DNA of 64,000 nt, taken from NCBI RefSeq assembly GCF_006345805.1, contig NC_042998.1, positions 187,674,001 through 187,738,000 on the forward strand. The letters run 5' to 3'. This document shows positions 50,167-62,306 of the stretch, one piece after another. Both the position numbers and the translations under genes were made by a program. Origin of the DNA: Octopus sinensis. Lineage: Eukaryota. Position 1 is the stretch's first letter, and every line of letters starts with the position of its first letter. A model generated the notes under the pieces. It was not told where the DNA came from and made no database searches. It worked only from the letters and a program-made list of their open reading frames with translations.

Positions 50167-50408
50167 GTTTCCATTAAGGCGGTGAGCTGGCAGAAACGTT
50201 AGCACGCCGGGCAAAATGCATAGCTGTATTTCATCTGCCGTTACGTTCTGAGTTCAAATTCCGCCGAGGTCGACTTTGCCTTTCATCCTTTCGGGGTCGA
50301 TAAATTAAGTACCAGTTACGCACTGGGGTCGATATAATCGACTTAATTCCCTTTGTCTGCCCTTGTTTGTCCCCTCTGTGTTTAGCCCCTTGTGGGTAGT
50401 AAAGGAAT
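50167..50408 (+). mobile_element. tRNA-derived SINE (Nin-like)
   Basis: Same family; 12-bp TSD ATATAATGGTTG. Confidence 0.87.
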
Positions 50409-50819
50409 ATATAATGGTTGATTTTCATTTACATCTATTTACTTGCTTTAATGTCAGTGTTATAATCATTGGGTCAGATTATTAGGCTTAACCTCACTCT
50501 TTATTCTTACTGTATACTCCTTGGCTAACATCTATTCCAATTTGCATCAATTTTCAGAAAAGCTGGTTGATTAGTCAAGTCAGTGGCTGTACCACTACTT
50601 TGGTAACTTAATCACTAAGTTGTTTAGTTATATCTGACGGCTATGATATTGTGAAAAAACACAAAACCTTGAAGTAAAACATGTTGAACTGCTCCAGTGA
50701 AAATTATTGAAATGGACTTATTTGTCTTTGTTTCTGGGTTAACATCTAGAAGTAACTACTACCCATAAAAGATATTAAAATTTAGACCAGCTTTTATGTT
50801 CAGAATTTTTTTTGTTTTC

Positions 50820-51066
50820 CTAACGCCAACCACTCCGTGAGTGTAGTGGGTGCTTTTTACGTGCCATCGTCTGGCACTTGTGCCAGTGGCACATAAAAAG
50901 CACCCACTACACTCACGGAGTGGTTGGCATTAGGAAGGGCATCCAGCTGTAGAAACATTACCAGATCAGACTGGGCCTGGTGCAGCCTTCTGGCTTCCCA
51001 GACCCCAGTTGAACCGTCCAACCCATGCTAGCATGGAAAGCGGACGCTAAACGATGATGATGATGA
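50820..51066 (+). mobile_element. Rearranged RTE 3' UTR copy
   Basis: Conserved terminus preceded by a short inverted piece of the same repeat. Confidence 0.78.
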
Positions 51067-52084
51067 TATACCATTAATTTATTAAGAATAGTAGTACACA
51101 CTGTAAAGTGGTTGGCATTATCCCGCTGAAGAAACTATGCCAAATCAGACACTGGGGCATGATGCAGACTTTGAACCCATTGGATCCTATCAAACCGTCC
51201 AACCTATGCCAGCTTAGAACATGGACCTTAAATGATGATGATAGTCTATATCTCTATGAGCACTCATTGATTAGCAAGTATGATCAGTGTAATTAAAACA
51301 TGGAGTTTATAATATTGGCACAGTTAATGTATTGTAGGAACATGTGGCGTGCAATGAAGTACAATTAGGTAACTATCTTGGAAATGCAGAATAGTGAATT
51401 TTGGGAGAGAGAATATTCTATGATATCAAGAATCAGAGGAAGGGTTGTAAAAGGTGAGTTTGAGTAGAGTGGTTGCTAAGATGCTGTAAGACAATTCATT
51501 ATGATACATTGTACGGGTAGAAAAAGAAGGGAGAGAACTCATGCTGGACTGGATCTGCAGTAACTTCACACAAGTAGAATTTATTCTTAGGGTCATGCTT
51601 AGTTGTTTTAGAGTTTAGGTCACCAAATGATCCAATAGCTTTCCAATGTTCCAAAATATGATTACAGGACACTTAAGATATATTATGTTTATATATTATG
51701 ATATATTATATTTCATAAATCTGTGTACAATTAGATTTGAATTTCTCCCTAAGAGCACAGTGTTTATATTCATCATCGTCATTACTATCATCATATGTCA
51801 TTTTTCCATGCTGGCATGGGTTGGACGGTTTGACCAGACCTAGCAAGCAGGCAAGCTGCACCAAGTTCCAGTCTGATTTAGCATGGTTTCTGAGGCTGGA
51901 TGCCCTTGCTAATGCCAACCACTTTACAGAGTGTGGTGTTGGGTGCTTTTTATGTGGTACCAGCACAGGTGCTTTTACGTGCTGCTGGCATGGATGATGC
52001 TACTATGTGGTACGGGCAAGGAAGCTTTTTACATGGCGTCAAACTACTGAAATTAAGTTTGGATTGTATTTCAATATATTTCGA

Positions 52085-52468
52085 CCCTGTGCTTGAGGAG
52101 ATCCATTGAGTCAAGTACACCAACATCAAAATCAATGGAAACTGCAGTTGTGATCCCTGTGCCGGTGGCACGTAAAAAGCACCATCTGAACGTAGCCGAT
52201 GCCAGCGCCGCCTAGACTGGCTTCTGTGTCAGTGGCACGTAAAATGCACCAATCCGATCGTGGCCATTGCCAGCTTCTCCTGGCACGTAAAAAGCACCCA
52301 CTACACTCACAGAGTGGTTGGCATTAGGAAGGGCATCCAGCCATAGAAACATTGCCAGATCAGACTGGAGCCTGGTGCAGCCTTCTGGCTTCCCAGATCC
52401 CCGGTCGAACCGTCCAACCCATGCTAGCATGGAGAACGGACGTTAAACGATGATGATGATGATGATGA
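52085..52468 (+). mobile_element. Truncated RTE 3' UTR copy (an older minus-strand copy lies at about 51790-52045)
   Basis: Conserved terminus and (GAT)n tail. Confidence 0.82.
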
Positions 52469-52730
52469 TTTTAGACGGTGGTTGTAATTAATGCTGATAC
52501 TTTTAGACTTTATTTAATTCACTTACTTATTTCAGATGTTAAAAAAAATATAAACAAATTTATAAATTGTAGGGTAAACGTTTGCTTTTGGGTTTTTATA
52601 TTTTCAATTTCATAGTTGCACAGTGACTTAATATATATTTTTTTTTTGTCTGAAAATAACAGCAATTCTGTTATTGAGAAATGTTTTACTAGAAATGTTT
52701 TAAAAATAATTACTATTTTATCAGTTTCTT

Positions 52731-52979
52731 GTGAGGTATACTTGCCATCTCAATATGGCTAACCACTAAGGGTGGGTGTTACTGTAGCTTGTAGCCCCAG
52801 GAGAACATCGTCTCCAGCTGGCTTTAGGCAAATTTTCTGTGCTCTTATGGTATTTGCAAAATAAGGGCACAGAAAGTGTGCCTAAAGCCTGTTGGAGACG
52901 ATGTTCTCCTGGGGCTACAAGCTACAGTAACACCCACCCTTAGTGGTTAGCCATATTGAGATGACAAGTATACCTCACA
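52731..52979. repeat. Fold-back element or MITE, about 250 bp
   Basis: Arms of about 117 bp are reverse complements with few mismatches; short loop near 52850. Confidence 0.88.
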
Positions 52980-53040
52980 TTGTCGTGCAGTTACTGTTTA
53001 TACCTCGTTCAGAGATTTGTTATCAGTTTCTTGTTTTCCA

Positions 53041-53310
53041 TTCATCATCATCATTTAGCGTCCGCTTCCATGCCAGCATGGGTTGGACGGTTCAACTGGG
53101 GTCTGTGAAGCCGGAAGGCTTCATCAGGCCCAGTCAGATCTGGCAGTGTTTCTACGGCTGGATGCCCTTCCTAACGTCAACCACTCCGTGAGTGTAGTGG
53201 GTGCTTTTTACGTGCCACCCGCACAGGTACCAGACGGAGCTGGCAAACGGCCACGAACGGATGGTGCTTCTACGTGCCACCGGCACGGGGGCCAGGCGAG
53301 GCTGGCAACT
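53041..53310 (-). mobile_element. Truncated RTE 3' UTR copy
   Basis: Conserved terminus. Confidence 0.82.
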
Positions 53311-53365
53311 TTCATTATTCGTACAAACTCATGTATCTATACTTAAGCATGTTTAAACACTTGGG

Positions 53366-53396
<31 letters not shown>

Positions 53397-53478
53397 TAAC
53401 ATAGTCACTCAAAATTCAATTTATCACGTTGTTTACCTTCAAAACTTATCGACGTATTGACATTTATTTCGTTTCAAG

Positions 53479-53631
53479 TTGATATCGGATGCTGGTTACC
53501 AAGGGGAGATAACCTCAGTATCTACAGCGTGCCACCAGATTGAGGTTTTCTCACGGGTCTTGAGAACATCAATCACTACATTCCTTGAAGGAGGTGAAGA
53601 AGCACTGGAAAAAAATTTACCAGAATTTACG
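53479..53631 (+). CDS. NELFCD: NELFCD exon 6
   Basis: [51 protein letters not shown]; phase 0 to 0. Confidence 0.96.
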
Positions 53632-53689
53632 GTAAAAAATTTTTTTATATCTTTGAAATATAAATTGTTCTCATTCATTGACTTTATTA

Positions 53690-54300
53690 CAGCTTGAAGG
53701 CTGCATCAGTGCAAACCATAAGATCATTTTCATCACAGAACTCCAGCAGCCTGGTTCCATCCTCATTGCAGGAACCAAAACCATAGCCTCCATGTATGCC
53801 ATGGAAGCTCCCTGCATATTGTCCAACATGTCCATTGAAGTCACCAGCCACAAAGAGAAGTGTCCATGTCATTTGTCAATGAGGTAGTCTGCAAGAGGAT
53901 GTCATAAAATCGGTCTTTCTGTCCATCAGGTAGCCCCAGCTGAGATAATGGTTGCTGACCCATGATGTGACACTAATCTAATTTTACATATTCTATCGCA
54001 TACTCTGACTACCTCGATTACCTTATCTACCCATTTCTCTGCAAGAAGTATACCCACGCCCCTGACCCTGTCAGTGTTCCCTGCCCAGAAAATCTTGTAC
54101 CTGTGTTCTTTGCCTGTGAGGAACCTAGCAGAACCTCTTCTCCACCTTACTTCGTGGAGGCAGCACAAATCTACACGTCTCTGTTCAAGCATCCATCTCC
54201 GTTCTCATGCTCACTTTATTTCTCTCTGGTCTTCACAAATCCTTTGCATTCAAAGCCCAACTCTTCCTACCATGTAGCATCACATTGAAATTGAAGGTGC
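53690..54300 (-). mobile_element. RTE LINE apurinic-like endonuclease fragment
   Basis: RRVDLCCLHEVRWR and LFVAGDFNGHVG motifs in ORFs 53926-54192 and 53687-53872; begins about 60 bp after NELFCD exon 6. Confidence 0.85.
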
Positions 54301-54484
54301 AGGTTTTATATTCTATTCTTGTCCTTAACCTCTCTTTTTTATTTATATATTTGAATATTGTCAAAATACTTGTTTTTAATAGTTCAGTGCCCTCCCAACA
54401 GCTAAATCTTAGATAAAATAAGCATATTTTTATTACTAGTTAGACTTAAGGAGATTGTGTGAAACCATTAATATTGACAGAAAA

Positions 54485-54717
54485 AAAGTGGCGAGCTGGC
54501 AGACACGTTAGCACACCGGGCGAAATGCGTAGCCGTATTTCGTCTGCCGGTACATTCTGAGTTCAAATTCCGCCGAGGTCAACTTTGCCTTTCATCCTTT
54601 CGGGGTCGATAAATTAAGTACCAGTTTTGCACTGGGGTCGATGTAATCGACTTAATCCCTTTGTCTGTCCTTGTTTGTCCCCTCTATGTTTAGCCCCTTG
54701 TGGGTAGTAAAGAAATA
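54485..54717 (+). mobile_element. Full-length tRNA-derived SINE with a Nin-like central domain
   Basis: GGCGAGCTGGCAG head, GAGTTCAAAT B-box, GCCTTTCATCCTTTCGGGGTCGATAA core; 15-bp TSD AATATTGACAGAAAA; an empty-site paralog lies at 57050. Confidence 0.88.
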
Positions 54718-54853
54718 AATATTGACAGAAAATATATTTTAGAAGTGAATGTTGTAATTTTCTTAATTGTTTTATCAATTCTACAATTATTGAATAGAAA
54801 TTAACAGGAAAATTATATATTTATATATTTATATATATCTATTACTATTTAAG

Positions 54854-54984
54854 AAAATGGTGTGCCATGGTGAACATACTTACCTATACAGCCAAGTGTT
54901 GATGCAGTTGTTGTCGCAGGAGATAAAAGGGGGATCAAACTTGAGAAGATTGTGTCAAGAGTTACAGAAATGTGCAAATGACAG
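54854..54984 (+). CDS. NELFCD: NELFCD exon 7
   Basis: [43 protein letters not shown]; phase 0 to 2. Confidence 0.95.
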
Positions 54985-55285
54985 GTAATATATTTTTGTT
55001 GAGACTCTAGTATAATTTAATTACTCTTAGTATAACTGATACTTCTCAATCCTATATTAGGGAAAAGAAGGTTTCAAATTCTGAGCAGTGATGCCATATC
55101 AACTATTGTTACTACATTAGAATCACAATTTAATAATGATGATATTTTTATGGTGACTGAGTCCAGCTGTGAGTCCACTACTTTTATGCTCAAAAGAAAA
55201 CCAAGCATTTTTCTTTGCAGAATGTATTTTTCTTTGTGTATTGATATTCAGATATATTTTTTTTTTTGCATCATTTAAATAAAAC

Positions 55286-55705
55286 ATCATCATCATCGTT
55301 TTAATGTCTACTTTCCATGCTAGCATGGGTTGGACGATTTTGACTGAGGGCTAGCGAACCAGATGGCTGCACCAGGCTCCAATCTTGATCTGGCAGAGTT
55401 TCTACAGCTGGATGCTCTTCCTAACGTCAACTGCTCTGAGAGTGTAGTGGATGCTTTTTATGTGCCACCGCCACGGGGGCCAGTCAGGCGGTATTGGCTC
55501 CGACTTCACTCGAATCGTTTTAACGATCACGCTTGAGTGATGCCCTTTTATGTACCACTAGCATGGAAGCCAGTTGGCTGCTCTGGCAACGAACACGCTT
55601 GGATGGTGCTGTTGGCACCCTACTAGCATGGACACAAGTGCCAGTAAGGCGACGCTGGTAACGACCACGTTCGAATGGTGCCTTTTAAGTGCCACTGGCA
55701 TGGGT
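55286..55705 (-). mobile_element. Truncated RTE 3' UTR copy
   Basis: Conserved terminus plus a divergent module array. Confidence 0.8.
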
Positions 55706-56297
55706 AAAAAAAGTTCTTTTACATAAAATATTATATAGCCATCTGCGTATCATACTTAATGTGTATACTTTGCTGATAGGCTAGTTATTGCAGTATTTGT
55801 CCTGGGGTAACATCTCTTATGGACATGCTGTGTTAAAAATGCAATAAATATCATAGGGAGCTGAAAATTACTCAAGCAGCAGCCAGTGAGAACACTAGGT
55901 GCTGGAGTGATTTTTGTTTCCCTCTAATATTTGTCACGTTTTTAACACAGCACATTCATAACAAATTTTATCTCAGGACAAATACTTCAGTAACTGGCCT
56001 ATCAACCTTTTAGCTTTATGCCAAATAATATTCTATCTGTTTTATGTTTAAATCAGCCAGCTCTGGCCTCTCATATCTACCCTACACTGTCATTTAAAAG
56101 TAAAGAGTCATATCATTGATATCTTGAAGTTATAAGATAATTAACTCAAAACAATATGAATGAATAAGCATTACATTTGACAGTAAACTGAATGCTAAAG
56201 GGTAAATGGTGTATATATACATTAAATATGATAAAAGGTGGCTATATAATGATATATAAAATTATTTAACTCATATGTTGTAGATGTGTTATAAAAA

Positions 56298-56660
56298 TCA
56301 TCATTGTTTAACGTCCGCTTTCCATGCTAGCATGGGTTGGACGGTTCAACTGGGGTCTGGTCAGGCAGTGTTTTTACAGCTGGATGCCCTTCCTAACGCC
56401 AACCACTCCGTGAGTGTAGTGGATGCTTTTTACGTGCCGCCGGCACAGGTACCAGACGAGGCTAGCAACGGCCACGATCGGATGGTGCGTTTTACGTGCC
56501 ACCAGCACGGAGGCCAGATGGGGCTAGCAACGGCCACGATCGGACAGTGCATTTTACGTGCCACCAGCACGGAGGCCAGTCACAGCGGCGCTGGCAACGG
56601 CCACATTCGGATGGTTCTCTTACGTATCACCGGCACTGGTATCACAACTACAATTTCCAT
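56298..56660 (-). mobile_element. Truncated RTE 3' UTR copy about 60 bp upstream of NELFCD exon 8
   Basis: Conserved terminus with an internal deletion, plus the module array. Confidence 0.8.
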
Positions 56661-56722
56661 TAAAAATACAACTAATCTTCAATATACAAGTAGGTTTTCA
56701 ATAATGTTTCCTACCATTCCAG

Positions 56723-56843
56723 AGGACTTGATGTTACACCAATTACTATGGCACTGAGTGGAGCAGCAGCCTATCCCCGTGCCTGTCAGGCACTCTCATG
56801 CATGTTGTCTCGGCAGTCATTAAACCCGGCAGATATTACCATT
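56723..56843 (+). CDS. NELFCD: NELFCD exon 8
   Basis: [40 protein letters not shown]; phase 2 to 0; GTAAGT donor. Confidence 0.95.
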
Positions 56844-56957
56844 GTAAGTGTATTTACTAACAAACCTTAAATATCTTTTGACTTCTTTTATTTACTTTTT
56901 GCAATTTTATATCCATTAAGCCATGTTGATAACAGGATCATATCTCTAAACTAAAGC

Positions 56958-57176
56958 AATAGTTCAGTGCCCTCCCAACAACTAAGTCTCAGATAAAATA
57001 AGCATATTTTGTTACTAGTTAGACTTAAGGAGATTGTGTTAAACCAATTAATATTGACAGAAAAATATATTTTAGAAGTGAATGTTGTAATTTTCTTAAT
57101 TGTTTTATCAATTCTACAATTATTGAATAGAAATTAACAGGAAAATTATATATTTATATATATATTACTATTTAAG
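56958..57176 (+). repeat. Duplicate of the 3' end of NELFCD intron 6 (54378-54853 minus its SINE)
   Basis: Near-identical sequence ending at the same ATTACTATTTAAG acceptor. Confidence 0.9.
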
Positions 57177-57339
57177 TTATTTATTTTGTCTGCAAGCACC
57201 ACAATACTTATGGTTAATTTTGAATCCCTGACTATGTGTGTGTGTGTGTATTATCATCATTATTTAATATCCATATGGTTTGACAGGAGCTGGCAAGCCG
57301 GAGAGCTATACCAGGCATTACTGGCATTACACATCCAGT

Positions 57340-58125
57340 GGAACATACTGGCTTCATTCCTTGTGAGCTTACGCATGTCCTCAGCAGTCACGGCCCATGT
57401 TTCACTGGCATGATAGTAACTCAGCAATTAGAGCAAGGTCATCTGCATAGAGGAGCTCCCAGGGACATCCTGTCTTGAATTCCTCTGTTATTGCCTGGAG
57501 AACTATAATAAATAGAAGGGGGCTGAGGACTGAACCTTGGTGGACCCCTACCTCTACCTGGAATTCTTCACTGTACTCGTTGCCTACCATTACCTTACTG
57601 ACGGCATCCCTGTACATGGCTCGCACAGCTCTCACTAACCATTCATCTATCCCTAGTTTCCTCATTGACCACCAGAGGACCCTGTTAAAGGCTTTCTCCA
57701 TGTCAACGAAAGCCAGGTACAAAGGTTTATCTTTGGCTAGGTATTTCTCCTGCAGCTGTCTTACCAGAAATATAGCATCAGTGGTGCTTTTCCCTGGCAC
57801 AAACCCAAACTGCATCTCATCTAGACTGACTCTCTCCCTAATCAGTTGGGCTATGACCCTCTCCATGACCTTCATTACTTGATCCAACAACTTGATACCT
57901 CTGTAATTATTTGTATCTAAAGCGTCACCTTTACTTTTGTAGCAGTTGACTATGGTGCTGCTACACCAGTCATTGGGTATGACTCCTTTGTGTATCACCT
58001 GGTTAACTATACAGGTGACTAGGCTATAGCCGACACTGCCAGATATTTCGAGCATCTCTGCGGTGATTCCTGATGGGCCAGGGGTTTTCCCTGCCTTCAT
58101 ACTCTTGATTGCTTTATCTACCAAG
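57340..58125 (-). mobile_element. RTE-clade LINE reverse transcriptase fragment
   Basis: ORF 57402-58124 with NYRGIKLL, QFGFVPGKSTTDAIF, AFVDMEKAF, QGSVLSP and LYADD motifs. Confidence 0.92.
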
Positions 58126-58130
58126 GTTCT

Positions 58131-58233
<103 letters not shown>

Positions 58234-58476
58234 CATCATCATTAACATCTATTTTCTATGCTGGTATGGGTTACATGGTTTGATGTAAGCTGTAGAGCTG
58301 CCACAGTTTCTACAACTGGATGCTCTTCCTAACACCAACCACTTTACAGAATGTACTGTGTGTCTTGTGTGTGTATGTGTATATATATATATACATACAT
58401 ATACATACACACATTTATGATAAAAAATTTACATATATTTGAATAATAAGCCTTGATTTTCATTGCTCTTTAACAG

Positions 58477-58543
58477 TTGTTTAAGCGTTATTCTGAAGGA
58501 AACCCTCCACCAGTAGAATTGATCCGGGTGCCAGCTTTTCTTG
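58477..58543 (+). CDS. NELFCD: NELFCD exon 9
   Basis: LFKRYSEGNPPPVELIRVPAFL; phase 0 to 1. Confidence 0.94.
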
Positions 58544-59078
58544 GTAAGTACTAACATCTTTGAAAAGACTGTTTTTGACTTCTATTCTTCCATGTATTGA
58601 ATAGTTTTCAGTTATTTGGTTATTTGCTTCGGTTACCATATTAAATGTTTGACACGGTAGTGTCTTCTTTATTGGTCACCACAAAATAATACTTGAGTAA
58701 TAATATTGGTCTCAAATTTTGGCACAAGGCCAGCAATTTTGGGGGAGAGGGTAAGTGAATTACATTGACCCCATATGTGTTTAACTGGTACTTATTTTAA
58801 TGACTCTGAAAAGATGAAAGGCAAAGTCAAACTCGGTGGAATCTGAATTCAGAACATAAAGATGAACAAAATACTGCTAAACATTTTCCCTGGTGTGCTA
58901 ACAATTCTGTCAGCTCACTGCCATATACTTGAGTGATATTATGGCTATAGTAGAGACAACATCCTGTCACTAACCCTAACCCTAAATTTTTTTTTTTCTT
59001 AATTGTTAAATTAATTTAATTGTTACGCGTGTAAAAGAAACTAAAGCAATGGAAAATAATTTAAACAATTAACATACA

Positions 59079-59793
59079 GAGGTGGTGAAGCACGACCTTC
59101 GGATGTTAGGTCTCACCATGGAAATGACTAGAGACCGAGACCTATGGAAGTATGCTGTGCGTGAGAAGACCCGGCAAGACTAGTGAAGCCATAACCCGTG
59201 GCCCCTACCTGGGACGTAGTCAGTCCACCTGTGCATACCTTCCTTCTTGTGACACTTGTGAAGACCTGTTGAGGCAAGTGAGAATCAAATCAAATCAAAT
59301 CGAACCAAATCAAAATAGATGAACATCAATGGAATTTGTATCCTTGTGGTACCAGTGCCGGTGGCACATAAGAAAACCATCCGAACGTGACCGTAGCCAG
59401 TACCGCAACGACTGGCCTCTGTGCTGAGGGCACGTAACAAACACCATCCGAGCGTGGCCGTTCGCCAGCCTCGTCTGGCACCTGTGTCGGTGACACATAA
59501 GAAAACACCATCCGAGCGTGGCCGTCTGCCAGCCTCATCTGGCACCTGTGTCGGTGGCACATAAAAAAACACCCGAGTGTGGCCGTCTGCCAGCCTCGTC
59601 TGGCACCTGTGTCGGTGGCACATAAAATCACCCACTACACTCTCGGAGTGGTTGGTGTTAGGAAGGGCATCCAGCTGTAGAAACACTGCCAGATCTGACT
59701 GGCCTGGTGCAGCCTTCGGGCTTGCCAGACCCCAGTTGAACCGTCCAACCCATGCTAGCATGGAAAGCGGACGTTAAACGATGATGATGATGA
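59079..59793 (+). mobile_element. RTE LINE 3' end: last codons, 3' UTR with modular array, (GAT)n tail
   Basis: EVVKHDLRMLGLT...VREKTRQD* followed by (AATCA)n, tandem GGTGGCACATAA units, the conserved terminus and gatgatgat. Confidence 0.88.
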
Positions 59794-60421
59794 TACAAAA
59801 TAATTCTATAATTTTATACACACGCTTTCTGTATACGTACGGAAAGCGTGTGTATAAAATTATAGAATTATTTTGTTTGTTAATTGTTTAAATATATATT
59901 ATCATTGTTACACGCGTAACAATTAAATTAATTTAACAATTAAGAAAAAAAATTTAGGGTTAGTGACAGGATGTTGTCTCAGTTTTAGACGCAGCAAATG
60001 ATTTTAGCTCAATTAGAGGCGATTCATTGGTTAAAATTCGAAAAATTAAACTACGTTAAACAAACGAATTACAATTTTATCAAGAAAGCCAAGAGAGAAA
60101 AATGTTTTATTTTGACACATTCTACCAGTATACGAAGTTTTAAAGTGTTTAGTTAACTAGAAATTGTGTTGACATGTGCCGTTCCAAAGGAAAAGATCCC
60201 AGGTGTCTTGCTATAGAAGAGATACCTGCATTATATAGGGGTGAGTAGGAGTAGCTAGAGAGAAGACAGTGAGGTGGCGATAAGGTATCAGTATACTTTC
60301 AAGATGCAAGAAAGTGAATATAAGAGAGAATACAGACAAAAAGATCAAGTGGGGATGGATGTATAAATTCATTTGAGTGTGAGAGGTTCCTGACAAAATA
60401 TAAATTTTTTGTTTCTTTCAG

Positions 60422-60537
60422 AATTACTTATTGAAGCCTTGTTTAAACCTGGTAGTCGTACCATCAACCGTGAACACAAACCAAAATACATCTATCTATT
60501 AGCGTATGCTGCTAGTGTTAATGATACATACAAAAAA
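60422..60537 (+). CDS. NELFCD: NELFCD exon 10
   Basis: [39 protein letters not shown]; phase 1 to 0. Confidence 0.95.
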
Positions 60538-60758
60538 GTGAGTTTCCTCTTCAGATTTTCCTTGATACTTTTCTGACAAATTTCTGTGGTATAAATTTAA
60601 TGGACATTATACTGTTCTGTAATATAAGCAACAAAGCTTTAATTAGTTAGAGAGAGGGTAGATTGCTGGTCATTTTTATTATTGACCTTCGAAACATGAA
60701 ATAAAAAAATTGTGACACTGGAATTTTAACTGAGAAGATAATTGAAATGTGACTAAAT

Positions 60759-62306
60759 CATCATCATCATCATCATCGTTTAGCGTCCGTTTTCCATGCT
60801 AGCATGGGTTGGACGGTTCTACTGGGGTCTGTGAAGCCAGAAGGCTTCATCAGGCCCAGTCAAATCTGGCAGTGTTTCTACGGCTGGATGCCCTTCCTAA
60901 CGCCAACCACTCCGAGAGTGTAGTGGATGCTTTTTACGTGCCACCCGCACAGGTGCCAGGCAGAGCTGGCAAACGGCCACGAACGGATGGTGCTTTTTAT
61001 GTGCCACCGGCACGAGGGCCAGGCGAGGCTGGCAACGGAGACGAAATGGGGCGGTGCTGGCAACGGTCGCGAAACGGAAGGTTCTCTTACATGTCACCGG
61101 CACTGGTAACACATCTGCAATTTCCATTGATCGATTTCCATTGATCGATTTCGAGGAAACTAGGGATAGATGAATGGTTAGTGAGAGCTGTGCGGGCCAT
61201 GTATAGGGACGCTGCTAGTAGGGTGAGGGTTGGAAACGAGTACAGTGAAGAATTCCGGGTAGAGGTAGGGGTCCACCAAGGCTCAGTACTCAGCCCCCTC
61301 CTATTTATCATAGTCCTCCAGGCAATAACGGAGGAATTCAAGACAGGATGCCCTTGGGAGCTCCTCTATGCTGATGACCTTGCTCTAATTGCTGAGTCGC
61401 TATCAGAACTGGAGGAGAAGTTTCAGGTGTGGAAACAAGGATTAGAATCGAAGGGCCTCAGAATCAACCTAGCTAAAACCAAAGTCGTAATCAGTAGGAA
61501 GGTAGACAAATCACAAACGCCTTCAGGTAGATGGCCCTGCTCGATCTGTAGAAAAGGTGTAGGTAGAAACTCTATAAGATGCACTAAGTGTAAGCTATGG
61601 ACACATAAGAGGTGCAGCAATGTCAAAGGAAGGCTAACTAGGAAGATGGTTTTTGTATGTGGCAGATGCTCAGGAACAATAAACACTGAAAATGCTCTGA
61701 GACCAACTTCCGTCACTTTCCAGGGAGAAAAACTAGAAATAGTTGATAGTTTCCGTTACCTAGGTGACCAAGTCAGCAGCGGGGGCGGGTGTGCTGAAAG
61801 TGTAACTGCTAGAGTAAGAATAGCTTGGGCAAAGTTCAGAGAGCTCTTACCTCTGCTGGTGACAAAAGGCCTCTCGCACAGAGTGAAAGGCAGACTGTAT
61901 GATGCGTGTGTACGAACAGCCATGCTACATGGGCCGTGACTGCTGAGGATATGCGTAAGCTCGCAAGAAATGAAGCCAGTATGCTCCGATGGATGTGTAA
62001 TGTCAGTACTCATACTCGGCAGAGTGTAAGTACCTTGAGAGAAAAGCTGGACCTAAGAAGCATCAGTTGTGGTGTGCAAGAGAGACGTTTGCGCTGGTAT
62101 GGTCATGTGGCGAGAATGGATGAAGATAGTTGTGTGAAAAAGTGCCACACCCTAGCGGTTGAGGGAACCTGTGGCAGAGGCAGACCCAGGAAAACCTGGG
62201 ACGAGGTGGTGAAGCACGACCTTCGAACTTTAGGTCTCACTGAGGAAATGACTAGCGACCGAGTCCTCTGGAAGTGTGCTGTGCGCGAGAAGACCCGGCA
62301 GGACAA
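60759..62306 (-). mobile_element. 5'-inverted RTE-clade LINE insertion (3' UTR on minus strand, inverted RT body on plus strand 61153-62310)
   Basis: 10-bp TSD GTGACTAAAT at 60749-60758 and 62307-62316. RT motifs GVHQGSVLSPLLF and WELLYADDL in ORF 61181-61939; C-terminus in ORF 61906-62310. Confidence 0.88.

Noticed and set aside
53100-53130. CTGATGA-AGCC-TTCC-GGCT on the minus strand (also at 60830-60855)
   Set aside because: Followed by TCAC, not GAAA; it is just a hairpin in the RTE UTR.
58968-58986. Telomeric (TAACCC)n repeat or chromosome fusion site
   Set aside because: Only about 2.5 units, embedded in a dispersed repeat terminus.
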